A stretch of DNA of 59,942 bases, counting the filler, from Basidioascus undulatus (lineage: Eukaryota): assembly GCA_000826855.1 (NCBI GenBank). It is 4 parts of 4 records of this genome, joined end to end, with 100 filler letters (N's around TTAATTAATTAA, not from the genome) between each part and the next. Parts side by side here need not be neighbours in the genome. Positions count along the whole stretch, not along the records: positions 15,038 to 29,973 come from JTLS01000681.1; positions 30,074 to 44,963 come from JTLS01000683.1; 2 more parts are not named here. The stretch is one strand, 5' to 3'. Shown here in pieces: positions 22,287-35,300 of this stretch. The translations under genes were made by a program, and so were the position numbers. Below the pieces are notes generated by a model. That model was given only the letters and a program-made list of their open reading frames with translations. It was not told the origin of the DNA and did not search any database. How positions within the stretch are numbered: the stretch's first letter is position 1; every line of letters starts with the position of its first letter.

Positions 22287-24546
22287 TGTCCCTCTTTCCT
22301 ACTATCCTTCGATCTTCGTTTTCGATTCTGAACATGCTTCGCGGACAGTTACGATCCACCACGGTCCTTACTTTTCTTGGACGTCCTCACGCCTTCCATC
22401 ACCGAATTAATTCACATTCATTGCACATACTCGCTTCCCCTCACGTTCGTACGACACCCCTCCCGCAGTTCACGGACTCTTCATGACCACCTTCTCTCTA
22501 CGCTCTTCGCTCTTAATTTACCATATAATCTCTTTTACCATCGCCGTTATTAACACCCTATCTATCCATCTCCCCTTCATGCATTCAACACACTGTACAC
22601 ATAAGCCGCCAGCTTATACCTTCGCTTTGCTTGCCCATACCCTTCGGTTCACTTCACATTCAACCTATACATTCCTTAGTAACATCATTTCGCCGGGAGC
22701 GCTAGATTCATATATCGCTTTGGGCCGTTTATGTTGGCGGTGAACGGCAGTGACACTTATCGTCTCCGAGGACGGTGCTGCAATAATGACTGCGAGGTTA
22801 CGCTGGCAGCATCGCGCAGGAACCATATACATCGGAAGGGTCACTTGCCTCTCTCCACGAAGCCCTTCTCGATCAGCGTCTTTGACAGCCCCCTCCGTCA
22901 GTCCTACCATGTGAAAGCAAAAATTGGGGGCACTTGCCTCGAGAACAGTAGCGGCAGACGAACGTCGCGAGGTGGTCGCCGACATTGATTTGGACAGCTT
23001 CAAGGTGTAAGCCCCAATCCAGCGTCGTCCCAGGACTGGCAGGAAATAAATGAACCCAAGGACGCTCAGTGCAGCTCAAAATCATCATCAACGGCAATCT
23101 TGCGAACACTCACCGGCCATCAAGCGTTGCCCGTTTCCGACGCTGTACCAACACTGCCCGAGCACCGCGCTTGAGGACGACCTCGTAAATCTTGAGCGTG
23201 ATGGTTCCCAACTGCCCGGCGCGGGGTACCCGAAACGATAAGAGAAGAACTCTCCCTCCCCAGCGCCCTGCCCCTAACTAGCACCGTAGCAGAGGTTGGG
23301 GTCCTTGTGGTCGACTACGACCTCGTCGAAAAGCATGCTGTTGACGTACACCCGCCCGACGGTAGAGCATCGCTACTGCTTCCTATGCACGTCCTCCCAG
23401 TAGACTGTAAATCTCTGAGAAAGCGTTCCGTCCCCACCGTATAGAGAATTATTGCCGAGGAATATGCAAACTTGCAGAGGCCGTACCCTGCTCACCTTAG
23501 CAGGAGGATTCGACCCAGCATCTCATTCTTGGTCCTGCCAATTCCTCCTCGCCATGTTCCTTCAACGATTCGGCAACGGCTTCGCCGCCATTGTCTTGTG
23601 CGAAGTACTGCCGTGTGTCAATGTGCCGAATCTGCGTCTGCGTTGAGAGACGCTCACCGGGCTGGATCCACGCTTGGAATTGGCGCTCGATCGAAGGCAT
23701 GAGCTCTCCTGGTCCAGATGTCCACAATTGCTAATGGCGAAATAGAGGGAAACTGAGAGTGCGAAGATGCTTTCTCGCTACTCAAGTGCTGATAGGAACG
23801 AGCGAGGACGTGCGAGGTTGCGGGTGAAAGCGCGAGCGTCTTTGTCAATATGAATGCGCTCGGGTCCCCTTCGCCAAACGTCGGGGATCAATTACTTGCG
23901 CGTTTACTTCAAGCTTGTTCGAGCTGTCCGCGATTGCGATCTGCTCAAGTCGTATTACATTCCTCTTTTCTTTCCGATGGCTTCTGCGCGGACAGCGAGA
24001 GGGTCTTCGGACAAGATCGTACAGGCGGAAAGGCGGTGTCGCACTCAGGGACCCATCACAAACCCTAAGACAGCGATCAACCGACAGTAGCGAACAATCC
24101 GGTAGAGAGCAAACAAACGGATAGGAAACTGCGTTGAGATTTCAGACTCGCCGCCCGCCTGGCATCTTCATGACCCTCAACTCAGCAGCGACCCCGATTG
24201 ACTTCCAACGGTCTACCGTAGCGGCGTGCATCTGCCATGCACGGCGACGCGACAGCGTAAAGCAAATTCGCGCGGTGAGCAGCAAACGACCAGGATAGCT
24301 ACAGTGCGTTCTCCGCCGTCTGCTCCACCGAGCCAGCATCAGCAACGTCACGCTAGAAAGGGAGAGCGAAAGCGGAGGTGACTGCACCGCAAGTCAACTT
24401 TGACGGGGTTTCAGTCGTTCCTTCACCTGGAACAGTGAGCGTGCGGGCAAGCCGTCAGGTCTACAGTAGCGTGCAAGTCAGCAACGCTTCCATGGCGATT
24501 AAATGGATACGTACAACTTCAAGTGCGCAGGGGAAGCGCTTGATTC

Positions 24547-26408
24547 TCAGGATACCGACTTGACGTTCGTCACGGTAGGCTGGCACGAACGCTTGTGTTG
24601 GGGCCAGTCCCTGCATCAGCGACGCGGGGGCTCAGCAAAGTCATCCCCTTCGGCCCACGGCACGATACGCACGCTTTCTGATGCTCTCCTAAACAGTACT
24701 GCATCCCATGGCAGCGTACGCAGCGCTTCCTTCCGCGCTCTTTCCAGCCGGGAAAACCGCACCAACGCCCATCGCGCACGAGCGTGATCAGCCGGCTCCA
24801 CGTCGGGGCGATGGAGGGCTGGAACCCCGGCACCGTAGCGGTTGCAGCGTTGAGCGCGTCGCGAGTGAGGAGGACGGACGGCGCAAGCTCGCCGGAGGAA
24901 AGGTCGAGAACGTAAGGAGCGGAGAGGTTGCGCAGCTGGGGGTCGCGGCGGAGGTGGCGGTTGAACTCGATAAGTATGCAGCGATAGAACGCTAGATAGG
25001 CCAGGCGAGCGAGCTAGCTTGGAGCGAACTGAACAGGTAAAGGATGAGAAGATGAAAGTAGACGCACTTTGACACGAAGAGTTCGTTTGCGTCCACAAAC
25101 CGACACCGCTCAGCAAGCCCCAGAGATTGGCCGGGACCCACCGGTGCAGAGCGCGCCGGGTGTCCTGCGCCGCATCAAGAACGGTCGCGAGTATACATAG
25201 CCCCTCGCGCATGACGAGGGCCGGCGGCTCTCGGCCGCTACGCAGGCCGTCGCTGCGCTCAAGCTCGTCCAGCAGCACCGCCAGCGCCGCGTCAAGCGCC
25301 GCCGTGTGACCGACCGCGACCTGGAGAAAGTCTCGGAAGTCATCCCCACGGTACGCGTCGATGAGCGAGCGGAGAAGGGACAAGAGCGACCATCTGCCGC
25401 CGGTCCAGGGCTGGCACGTCAAGCACATCGCGAGATGGTCGAGGATGTGCCGTGCGGGCGCGACGGAGAGCAAGCGCTGAACGTTTAGCATGGGGTATGC
25501 GGGGTCCTCCGTTTCGTGTGCAAGCTGCGTAAGCGCGCTGGTCGGTTCGTAGAGGTGTCGACAGATGGCCGACATGTGGAGCCAGATCGTCGTGAAGAGC
25601 GGTAAAGCGTTGGGGAGGGACACGAACTGGTGCGAAGGAGATTATAAATACGAGCCAGTGGAAACTGCGAGGGAAATGCGAACGGAACGTACGTTCGCGG
25701 TACCGAAAAGCGATTCATCGCCTCCCTGAAGACTATAGTCACTCCTAGGCGCAAGCTTTCCGCCCATTCCGCCTCGGACGCGAGCGCAGCGCGCTCGTCC
25801 CAAAGCTTTGGTAGACCTACTGTAGATTAGAGAAGGTTCACGGAGGACACTTAGACTAAGTGGGAATTAGCTTACACGTTCGACAATGCCCGGACAGGCG
25901 TCCAACAACGCTTGAGCGGTGTCCTTCGACGCCTTCCAGCCTGCGTCGTCCGTCTCGACGAGCGTGACGAGACAGGAGAGCGACAATGCCCACGGCGGAG
26001 TGTCGCGCTGCATGACACGGTTTGAGTGGACATAATATGCACGGGAACTGCAGGGTACCCACCTCCGTGTGGCCAGGTGCCCGTCGTACAGAATAGAATC
26101 TTTCAAGCAGCGCAGGGAGAGCGCCGGCTCGCTCGAGCACTTCCTGTGAACGGCTTTCCAGTGTGAGCGTGATCCCACCGACCTTGTTCGGGTAGTCCTC
26201 CTACAACACCAGCACACACCTTGCCTTGCGCGACCTGCAGCGCAGCGCTGATCGCGACGACGATGCCCGTCGGTGTATTGTCGTCCGCGTCGGGCGCGAG
26301 CGCGCGGAGTGTCACCGACGGTTCCGGGAAGCGGATTACACGGGCGGCGGCGGCCGCCATCTTCGGATTGGAATAGGGATCGGAAGAGTTATCGTTGTTC
26401 GTGGGCAT
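24547..26408 (-). CDS. Helical protein with a C-terminal MYND-type zinc finger, multi-exon
   Basis: The spliced C-terminus reads RWCGFPGWKERGRKRCVRCHGMQYCLGEHQKA/DWPQHKRSC, matching the MYND pattern CxxC-x4-YC-x3-HQ-x3-W-x2-HK-x2-C. Probable start MPTNNDNS at 26408. Confidence 0.75.
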
Positions 26409-27017
26409 GGCGTTGATGGAGAAGGTTGGTGATCGCAAGAACGCGCAAAGACGCGTCGAGCAGGCGTCGAGGAATTGCGAGAGATATGCTCTTACGTGGA
26501 GCGGCAAACAAGGAACTGTACCAGATGTCATTTTTCTCACAAGAGGTAAGTCTTTCACTTCTAAAATACTAAGAAATGACCCTTGAAGCTTGCTTTTGTA
26601 ACAAGTGCCCACTTGGTGGCCACGATGGTTGGCGATCTCCGTGGGTGCTTCGTGCTTCGCTGCAGTGTGGGGTGCTTTTCGAAAGTGCACATCTGCTTCT
26701 CGTAGATAATAATGCCAAAAGACCTGCAAAACTCTCAGTCGGTCTGGGGGACCACGGTCAGAAGCGGTGGCTGAGCAACAGGCCGCACTGCTTCGACAGC
26801 CTCAGGCTGCACTCTGACAGTGCCTTCCTGTGACAACGAGAGGCTCAAAGGCGCACAGATCTACCATAGATATGGCGACAGTAAGAAGTTCTCGACAAAG
26901 CACGGCGGGAGTGGCAAGCGTCGGCGCGGCCTTGAACGGCCGCTCGGTGCTCACTATCTTGCCGATGCAACACCGCTACCAGAACAGGATTAAGCCAGGA
27001 CACGGTTACGCAATTGA

Positions 27018-28464
27018 TCAATCGATGTCTTCGAGCTCCGCTTCCTTGAAGCGAGCCGTCAGACCGTCCACCCCGCCGCCCGCATTTTCCTTCCCTTTCT
27101 GGAGATCCGTGTGCCGATCCGTCCCCGCCGCCAGCCAGTCTTCTAATTGCGGTTCACTCTGCTCTTCCTCCTCGTCTCCCTCATCCTCCTGCTCCCACAC
27201 CTGCCGCAGTTCCGCCATCCGCCCCTGCGCGCTTATTCTTCTTCTTCTTGTCTCTCTTCTTCTGCTTCGGCTTGGCCTCCGGCTCCTCGGGGATCGGGTA
27301 ACCGCAATCGGCAGTGTCCGGGATCTCCCCAAAATACTGCAAAGTGGCACACAGTTAGGAAGAACCCGCTCTGAAATTGGGCTGTTCTGGGAACGATGAG
27401 AGTACGCACGATTCGGTACCCGGCACGTGGATGGGGTAAGCAGAAGGCGGGATCAGTACCGGGCAGTTGGGCGCGTCCTTCATGCCCCGAGGAGGATCCT
27501 GGCAGCATAGAGATCCAGCGATCGTTCACGCTGGGTCAGCCCAACGCGCTTACCGATACGCCGCCCTTCAACACGCAATCGAAGTCGAATATAATCTTAT
27601 ATAAGCTGGTAAGTCAGCAGCGTGCAGATCGTAGTGGGTCGTACGAGACGTCCGCACGAAGCGCGAACTCACCTGCTTCATCGCATCCACCTCCCTCTCT
27701 AACCCCCGAACTTCCCTCCCGCCCGCGTTCGCGCCCCGCACTATGCGCTGACGAATCTGCACCTCCTTCTCCTGCTTCTTCTCCTCCCTCTCCACGATCT
27801 CGCGCACGAGGGCGACCGCGTGCGCCTTCCAGTTCGCGTACAGCTTGCGCGCGAGGTCGTGGTACGCCTTGCGCATGCGGTCCATGAACGTGTCGGCGAG
27901 CGCCTTCGGTAAGTCGACTCGAGACGGTCCACCATCTCGCGCACAATCCGACGGAACTTTGCACCCTCCGCGTCCTCGTTCAGCGGGTCATGGGCGGGCA
28001 TGATCATGTTCACGTTGATCTGCCAGTCGCGCCATCGACCTTCAGCAATCGCCTTCTCGCTACGGAAATGAGATGCAAGTCACGTACATGCTCAGGCGCC
28101 ATCTCGAGCACAATATCGTCCCCACACAAAGGACCGTCCGGGGGCCAGGAAGCGCTGGAGCCGCGTTTCCTGGTGCTCCCAGCCCACCGCCATCTTCGGC
28201 CACTTAGTCCAGAACGCGTTCTTAATTCACGCGCTCGTAGCGGTTGTAGAGGATGTTGGTCGCGTCGCGGATGATCGGCGTGAGGCGCATCGTATCCCGC
28301 AGGCCCGGCTTGGGCATGAGGAACGGACCGTCGTCCGCGACCTGAGGAAAGAAGACGCACGCGTCGATCAGCAAACGAGAGACAGCGACGGCTTTCTGCG
28401 AGCAGGAGAGGCGCAAGAGATCATAGAAATCACGCCTGTAGCGCTCGAGGACTTCCGAGCGCAT
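27018..28464 (-). CDS. Hypothetical multi-exon protein with coiled-coil and acidic C-terminus
   Basis: GT-AG-bounded exons give VADDGPFLMPKPGLRDTMRLTPIIRDATNILYNRYER, DGPLCGDDIVLEMAPEH, FMDRMRKAYHDLARKLYANWKAH..EREEKKQEKE and IIFDFDCVLKGG. No family recognised. Confidence 0.5.
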
Positions 28465-28791
28465 GGCGATTAGAGATGTTAGGTAGTGATGATGAGAAGC
28501 GGAAGAAAGAGCGCAGAGGGACCGGCGACCTTGGGCGACCGAATTGTCGACGCTGACCGTGTAAATTGCCGACGCGTCGCCGACGCGTTCCCAGTCACTT
28601 TGGAGCACTCATCAAGCTGGTGGCCAACCGCCAGAGTAAGAGGCAGCCATGTCAGTGACACTTGAGCCATCCATCCAGTCCCCACAGATCAAACAGTCCG
28701 TTGAAAGCAGGCAAGACGCAGCGCAACAACACTCCAATCGCGAGAGAACAAGCCCTCAACCCTCCTCAACCCATCGCCCCCACCCCGCTCC

Positions 28792-29973
28792 TCAAATCCG
28801 TTCCACCCACCCGACCTCCCACTCCTCCCCTCCCAGATCCATCCGTCCCGCGCTCACCCCTGCCTCCCCCGGCCCGAGCTCCTCCCTCAGCGTGCGCACC
28901 GCCCATCTGGGCAAGTCGAGGCGCTCCACACCCTGCACCATCCCCGTCGACATCTCCTGTGAGGAAGCAAGGAGGCGCCAGAGGACCTTGGCCGTGCGCA
29001 TTGGGCGCGAGCGCGTGGAGGAGGTGAGGGTTATGGATGGGTTGAAGAGCCAGATCTGCGCTCGAGTAGGGGTATCATCAGCACCTGTTTCTGTGAGAGT
29101 GGAAGAAAGGACGAACAAGCAGCGACTCCGCCCCCTCATCCTCGTCCGCCGCCGCAACCACAAACCTATATGATCCGTGTGCCTGGGCCGCGTCCAACAT
29201 CGCAGAGAGGACATGCTGCCCGACCGAGTACTTCGGGATCCTGCGTTCCATTCCCATCCTTATCAGCACCCAGTACCCGGTCCCCGACTCGCTCGCAGAG
29301 GGACGTACGGCTCCCCCTCCCCCTCCCGGAACGGCTGCAGCGCGATCTTGTCAAGCCTGAACGTGCGCTCGGGGCCCCCACCTTCCGTCGCCAGCGCGAT
29401 GCGCACGGTCCCGAGCGGGGCGCCGCACAAGCATACCAGCTGAGGGTGCAGGTCGATATCCTATCACGCATCCCACCCGTGACCGCGTCAGCACCACGGT
29501 GCGTCTCCTCACAGCGAACGAAAACAACGAAAGAAGGGAAGAACAAGAAGAAAGCGGAAAGAAACGAAGAAAAGGAAGCGGAATGTCGCCCCGCCAGTAG
29601 CCCCGCCGCTCTGAAACTCTAGCCAGGCGGAGGTGTCAAGCAGGGCGTGTTGTGTCTCAATCTTGGACGGATGGTATCGGCTCAGCAGAGCCCGGCACGT
29701 GTGCGCACGCCCCAGACCTTGCGAGAGGTCCGAGGTGCGCGCGTGCCGGGCGACCCTTGGGGATCCCCAGGAGGGGGGAGGGCGCCGGCCTTCTTTGTCG
29801 TCCGGGGGCGAACCCAAAGAAGAAGAGAAGAGGAGGGGAGAAAGAAAAAGAGAAGAAAGACAAGAAGAAAGAGTAAGGAACGGGGCTCACAGAGAACGGT
29901 CGGACCCGATCGAGCCTCATCCCTCCCTCGCCAACCAACCAGTACCCCCCCCCAACCCACACCTCCCCCTCCC
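28792..29973 (-). CDS. HECT_2 / ubiquitin-conjugating enzyme E2C-binding protein (UBE3D/Ipa1-like), 5' part missing
   Basis: LVCLCGAPLG, FRLDKIAL, VLSAMLDAAQAHGSYRFVV, QIWLFNPS, TAKVLW, VERLDLP and WEVGWVERI-stop match the C-terminal pattern of this family. Confidence 0.7.
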
Positions 29974-30073
29974 NNNNNNNNNNNNNNNNNNNNNNNNNNN
30001 NNNNNNNNNNNNNNNNNTTAATTAATTAANNNNNNNNNNNNNNNNNNNNNNNNNNNNNNNNNNNNNNNNNNNN
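29974..30073. other. Artificial contig spacer
   Basis: 44 N + TTAATTAATTAA + 44 N. Confidence 0.97.
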
Positions 30074-30328
30074 GGGCTCGGGTGCGGCGGTGGCGGTTGG
30101 GTTGGCGGCGGCGGGCTCCGGAGTGGCCGCGGGTGCGGGGGGAGAGGTCGCGGAGGTCAAGCCTGTTCCGGTGGGCGGCGGCGCACCGGCCTGAGGGAGT
30201 TCGGTCCGTGTTCTGAGCTGTATCTGTTGGCTCCCGTCTTTGTTCGCGCACACATGTTGTTGTACTGCCGTCTCGCTCGGTGGATATGGTCGTGTTGACG
30301 CTTGTGACCGACTGCTCTCGCCGCTCAT
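30074..30328 (-). CDS. 5' fragment of an unknown Pro/Ala/Thr-rich protein, cut by the contig edge
   Basis: ATG at 30328 opens a frame (MSGESSRSQ...TPEPAAANPTATAAPEP) that runs into the spacer. Confidence 0.35.
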
Positions 30329-30484
30329 TGCGCGGTTACCTGATCCCTTGTCGAATCGACCTCGCTGTCACTGCTACCGACTCAGCTTCCCGGCGCCCGC
30401 AGACGAGGGCTGCCTTGCGAGTTTCTCAGCCTACAAGCGCTTGGGCGGAGGATGCTCGCTGAAACTTGGCTAGGAGAGTGTCTC

Positions 30485-31736
30485 ATGGACAAGGCGCAGG
30501 CATCGAGCGCTGGCGCTGACGCTGCGGCTGTCGAGTCAGCAGGTGTGGAGTCCTTGCAGGAAACGGCGACGAGTCGCTTCATTAGTTGACTCATGGGGAG
30601 AGAGGTCTTCGACAACAACGAACTCCAGGTTCTCGACAGTCCTGCTGTAGTCGTCGACGCTGCGCTCGAAGTCCTCGCCGAGCAGTCGTTCCTCTCGCCG
30701 CCTGCGGCTGTCGCTCTCGCAAAGCTCCTCTCTCAGCAGCACGGAGAACGTCCTCGACCTCACCCGCTTTCCTGTTAACGCCACTTAGGCTGTCGAGGTG
30801 GCTTCCGCCTCTTCCTCGCGTATCATGACGCTCAACCTCGCCCTCAATCCGCATATCACTGCTTCTACGCTGATAGCACTCGAGCGCGCTCTTCCTCGTC
30901 TGCGCCGGCTCATTGTCATGGGATGCAGCAGCCTCTCAGCACTGATATCGACAGCCTCCGAGCTGAAGGGTACCTTCGGAGCATGCAGGCCTGCGCACGC
31001 GCATTCGAGTTCCGCTATCGCAAAGGCAGTGCATACGCTGACAGAAACTACCCGATGCGGTACCCGACATCCCCACCCGCTTTCGCGCTTGCTATTTGCT
31101 GTCTGGGCGGCAGTTGCAAGCCGAACTTTTCGGTGTATCGCTCCCTCACTTCTGGGCGCCCTCGCTCCCTCACTTCTGGGCGCCCTCGCTCGTCTCCGGC
31201 CTGGCCGACTATCTGAGCCCCCAGTCTTTCGAAGCACCCCTTTCGCGCAAGCCTGTCGCTCAACCCACCTACGCCAAAGCAAAATTCACAGGCCTCTCTC
31301 GCCCATACGGCGTTCCAGCTCGGGCACGATCTATTGGCGTCATCTCGGACGAGCTGCCCACTGCGGAGCATCTGTGCTGACACTTCATTCTGGACGCAAC
31401 GGGCCCAGCTCCGCTGCAAGCTGAGTTCGCGGATGGACGGGCTGACGATGATCTTGCCGACATTGCTGCACTTTTTGAAGCCTATCAGGCACAAAGAGGA
31501 ACGGGCCGTCCGGGCGCTGGAGGTTCGTGAGGCGGGCAGCGACTGGGCGACTCGAGGTCTATGACCTGGACGATTTCCTCAGGGCCGTCGGAATTGAAGG
31601 CGGCGGAGCGGGCGGGGTGGACCCTCGATGGGCCGGGGACTTAAAGGGAGCACTGAGGCGCAAATTCGAGGTTTCTTCGCGAGGAGCGGGCGGAAGAGAT
31701 TTTGCAGGTAACTTACGCTGCTGCGTCGTAGGCTGA
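30485..31736 (+). pseudogene. Disrupted leucine-rich-repeat protein gene
   Basis: LRR-like VLDLTRF..TLNLALNPHITASTLIALERALPRLRRLIVMGCSSLS, interrupted by an in-frame TGA (30587-30589), a +1 frame change near 30740, a TAG (30786-30788) and a 24-nt tandem duplication. Confidence 0.6.
31138..31191. repeat. 24-nt perfect tandem duplication TCGCTCCCTCACTTCTGGGCGCCC
   Basis: Copies at 31138-31161 and 31162-31185 plus a 6-nt partial copy. Confidence 0.95.
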
Positions 31737-32382
31737 TGTATCAGACGGTCCTGCATGTTTGCTGTCTATTACTATCAAATTTGATGCGTTTGATCCTTCA
31801 TTGCGTGCCTCACAATGTTGGGATGGTCGGTCGCGTACTGCAGCTCAGCGTACTCCAGTCGTGTGGCTGCATCACGTTTGGCCTTCTTGCGGTAAAGTAG
31901 AGGTCTGGCTGTATGCGATCCACGGCACGCCTTGCTACAAAGGCAAGAGATAGGCTGGCCCATGTAACATCCAAGCTACACCCAGCGAAGCGAAGGTGCC
32001 ACGACAACGGGTTGAAGGGGGTGAAAGGTCCGCTGCTGCTCATCAATCGCGGATCTGCGGGATCCGCACCTTTACATCGTCTTTCATTGATCCCTCAGTT
32101 TCGGTACTGTGCCCACCTCAAATGACAAGTGTATAAATTGCACGAACGTCAGAACGGCGGGATTGCTCCCGACTGTTCACGTTTCTGCCGAGGCAGATTA
32201 TAGTGTCTGGGATAGGCTGAAATGTCCGCCGTAATAGCGGAAAGCGGGTATACCGTGTGTGAGAGTGGACTGCCAATTGGTCAGGATGCCCGGCCGTACA
32301 TCAAGCGTGCAGTTAACGCAAGTGCAACAAGCCTGCACGACTTATTGTCTATGATCCGGAAGCTCCCTGCCTCCTTTCTCCA

Positions 32383-35300
32383 TCATCCCTCCAGCGATCG
32401 TCTCACAACCGCAGCGTCCTCCTCCGCCTGCTTCCACCTGTCCTCCCCAACCTCAACAATCCGTTCCGGCTCCTCATCACCCCACTCCCTTATGATCTCC
32501 CACGCACGGTCAGCGCGCTCAGCGAGCAGAGTGCGCTCCGCCGCGAGAGGGTCGATCGGGCTGGCGGGCCTGCTTGCTATACGCACGAGCTCCGCTAGGA
32601 GGGGGACTATCTCGGAGGCGGGCGGGGGTGGAAGGGACGTAGGGTTGGCCGAGTAGAGGAAAAGGAGGCGGGAGTGCGCTCCCTCGACGTCGAGCAGCGG
32701 CTCGCGGTACGTGTTCGGCGGTTCGACGGCGAAGAGCACGCTGGGCGTGCCGGTCGAAGAGGATGAGGAGAGAGCAGAAAGGGTGCGGCCTTCCGATCCG
32801 ACGTGGTCCAGCTCGGTCAGTAATTGTTTCCGTAAGTAACCGCCAGACCCAATGGCGTACCTCGTTCTGCACCATTGTCCAAGAGCATTTGCCAGAGCCA
32901 TCGCACGAAGAGGACGTTGTCCGTGTGCGTGCGCGCCATCTCGTCCCACAGCGCCGCGTGCGCCTTGACGGGCAGAAGGACCGACCCGTCCATGTCCGCC
33001 GCCGCGAGCAGGCGTACCTGTTCGTCGTCGTCTTGCACGAGCGCGAGGAGCGTCCTGTGTGCGATCAGACTGATGTCGGCTGGGAGAGAGGCCAGGTGAG
33101 GCTTGAAAGGGCGCAGGGCGTGCACGGCGGAGAGGCGGGCGTCCAGCGGCTTGCATGGGTGGGAAACGGCAGCGTGGACCGGTAAGTAAGGGGATAATTG
33201 CGTGAAGAGTCGGAAGGAGACGCACCTCGTTCTCGTTCGCCGCGGCGGCGATGAGGTCGAGGACAGACTTCAGGCGTTCGAGGAGAGAAGGAGCGAGGGG
33301 GCCCGGGTGCTGCACTGAGACTTCAGCATCTGAACGAGACGAGGGAGAAAAATACGAGGTCACCCACCAGCTGCCGAGCCAACATTGCGCTGAGGAACGG
33401 CAGCAAGGCCTCCTTAACGGGCACGCAATCCGTCTGGTCATGCTCTTTCCGCAGCGCATCCCACTCCTCGTCAGAGATGTTCACCGCCGAGGAGCTGCGC
33501 TCCTTCCACACATCGCTCCGCTCTTCCTCGAGGCGCAAGAGGAGCGACACGCTTGCGATGCGAGAGGACTGATCGGCTGCGCGGTCGAGCACGATGCGGA
33601 GCAGCATGGGGCCCAACGTCTGGTCGGCGTCGTGCGGGAGCGGCACGGGCAGGCAAGCGCTGAGCTCGTCGAGGATCCCAGCGTGGAACGACGCCGGACA
33701 TTCGAGTATGAGACGCGCCCCGTCGCTTGTTTCGGTGCGCTGGCCGGGGGCGTACGCCAGGACGAAGCGCACACAGGCATGCCCAAGCGCGTGGCTGCCG
33801 GGTCGGAGAGGGGTGGTGCCGAAGGAACGGAGGTACGACCAGGCAAATTCGACCGTGCGGCGCGCGAGTTGGCCGGCGCTGGGCGAGGCGCTGATGGACG
33901 CTTTGTCGAAAGAGCGAATAGTTGACGTGACGACGTCGAGGAAGGCGGCTTGCGTCGGAGGGCAGGGGTTTGTCAAGAGGAGGGCGGGAAGTCGCTCGAG
34001 AAGGGCATTGCAGGAGGTGGCGCGCATCTGCGGGTCGAAGCTGTCGACGAGGTCTACGCTGAGCCGGTGGATGGCGAGGAGTCGACCATGAAGCGCGTTT
34101 TGGTCCCTGACGTCGCAGGCTCCGAGCAGTCGTGCGCAGACGGAGGGAACGTCCGCAGGAAGGACAACACCAGTCATCGCAGCCGCAGCGGCTTCCCGAA
34201 CCTATTAAAACCATGTCAGCGTGCATGTTGATTTAGTCAGCGAGCAGCGAACGCCGCACCTGCCAAACGCGGCTTGAAGCGCAAGCTTCCACGATGGGCA
34301 TGAACTGCGCCTGCGCCTCACGGCTCTCGGACGTGGCCTGAACTTGCCGCAGCAGGAGAAGGATGGTGAACAGCTCAGACTGAACGTCTACAGTCTTGTG
34401 ACCGGGAACTCTATCAGCCCCGTCTCTTCGCAGTCGCAGTCCATCGCAGACATACATTGGCTGTGCCGAGGCTGACATTCGTCGCGCGCTGCAGCCGCTC
34501 GAGGAAGAAAGGTACGAGCGTTGGAGAGCGGGAGAAGAAGTCGTGGAATGATGTGCGTAGGCGGAGCGTGTACCGGTTGATGCGGTTGCGTTTTGCTCCA
34601 AACGAGCGGTCGAGAAGGGCGGTGGTGAGGAGGAGGGAGGAGTTGCGGATGGTCCAGCTGATGTGGTAGGTCATGAATACACCTGAGCGAAAAATTCCGG
34701 AGCTTTGGGCGATGACGTACACCGGGGAGTCGAAACTGCTGACAGCAAGCACGAGCGCATCGGGGACGAAGGGAGCGAGGACATCGCCAAGCTTGCCATC
34801 GAGGAAGAGGATCTGGAAGAAAGACCTGTCAGAACAGCGGCGGCAAGAGGGATCGCAAGTACTGACCCGCAAGGTGTTGAGTGCATGGGTTGCCGCGACC
34901 GAGTTCTCCGAGCGCGCAATCTCGAACAGAAGACGTATCGTCGGTGCGACGAGAGGAGATTTGACACGCAGACCAGCTACGAGGATCGACAAGACGCATA
35001 GAGGAAGACCAGCCGAGCGCCGCGTCGTGGACAGCTCGCCCGTGGCGATCGTGTCTAGGTGGCCCTGCCGCAAGATGAACAATCAGCTGTGGGCGCCATA
35101 AGATGAGAGAAAAGAGCGTACGTCCATCCATGCCTTCGGCATCGACGCAACAGGATCGCCCGCGTGCGATATGGCAGTCGTAACTTGCGTGTAGGCTGGA
35201 CCGATGACGGAGAAGGTGCCGCGGTGTCGGATGCCTGTGAGCCAGGTCGCGAAAAGTTGCCCGACCCACTCAAGCTCGTCCACCTGCCAGAGGACGGGCC

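Noticed and set aside
22700..24500. Fragments that look like a decayed gene (EVVADIDLDSFKV, VGVLVVDYDLVEKH, WSCQFLLAMFLQRFG)
   Set aside because: I could not build a consistent exon chain or recognise a family; it needs BLASTX.
27900..27950. Apparent frameshift between AKFRRIVREMVDRLE and ALADTFMDRMRK
   Set aside because: A 41-nt gtgcgc...aag intron with a typical donor restores the frame.
29810..29973. Purine-rich and C-rich low-complexity tract at the contig end
   Set aside because: It is most simply intronic low-complexity sequence where the assembly broke; no defined structure is visible.
28792..30328. Joining the minus-strand fragment at 30074-30328 to the HECT_2 gene across the gap
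   Set aside because: The two pieces are on different size-sorted contigs, so the shared orientation is coincidental.
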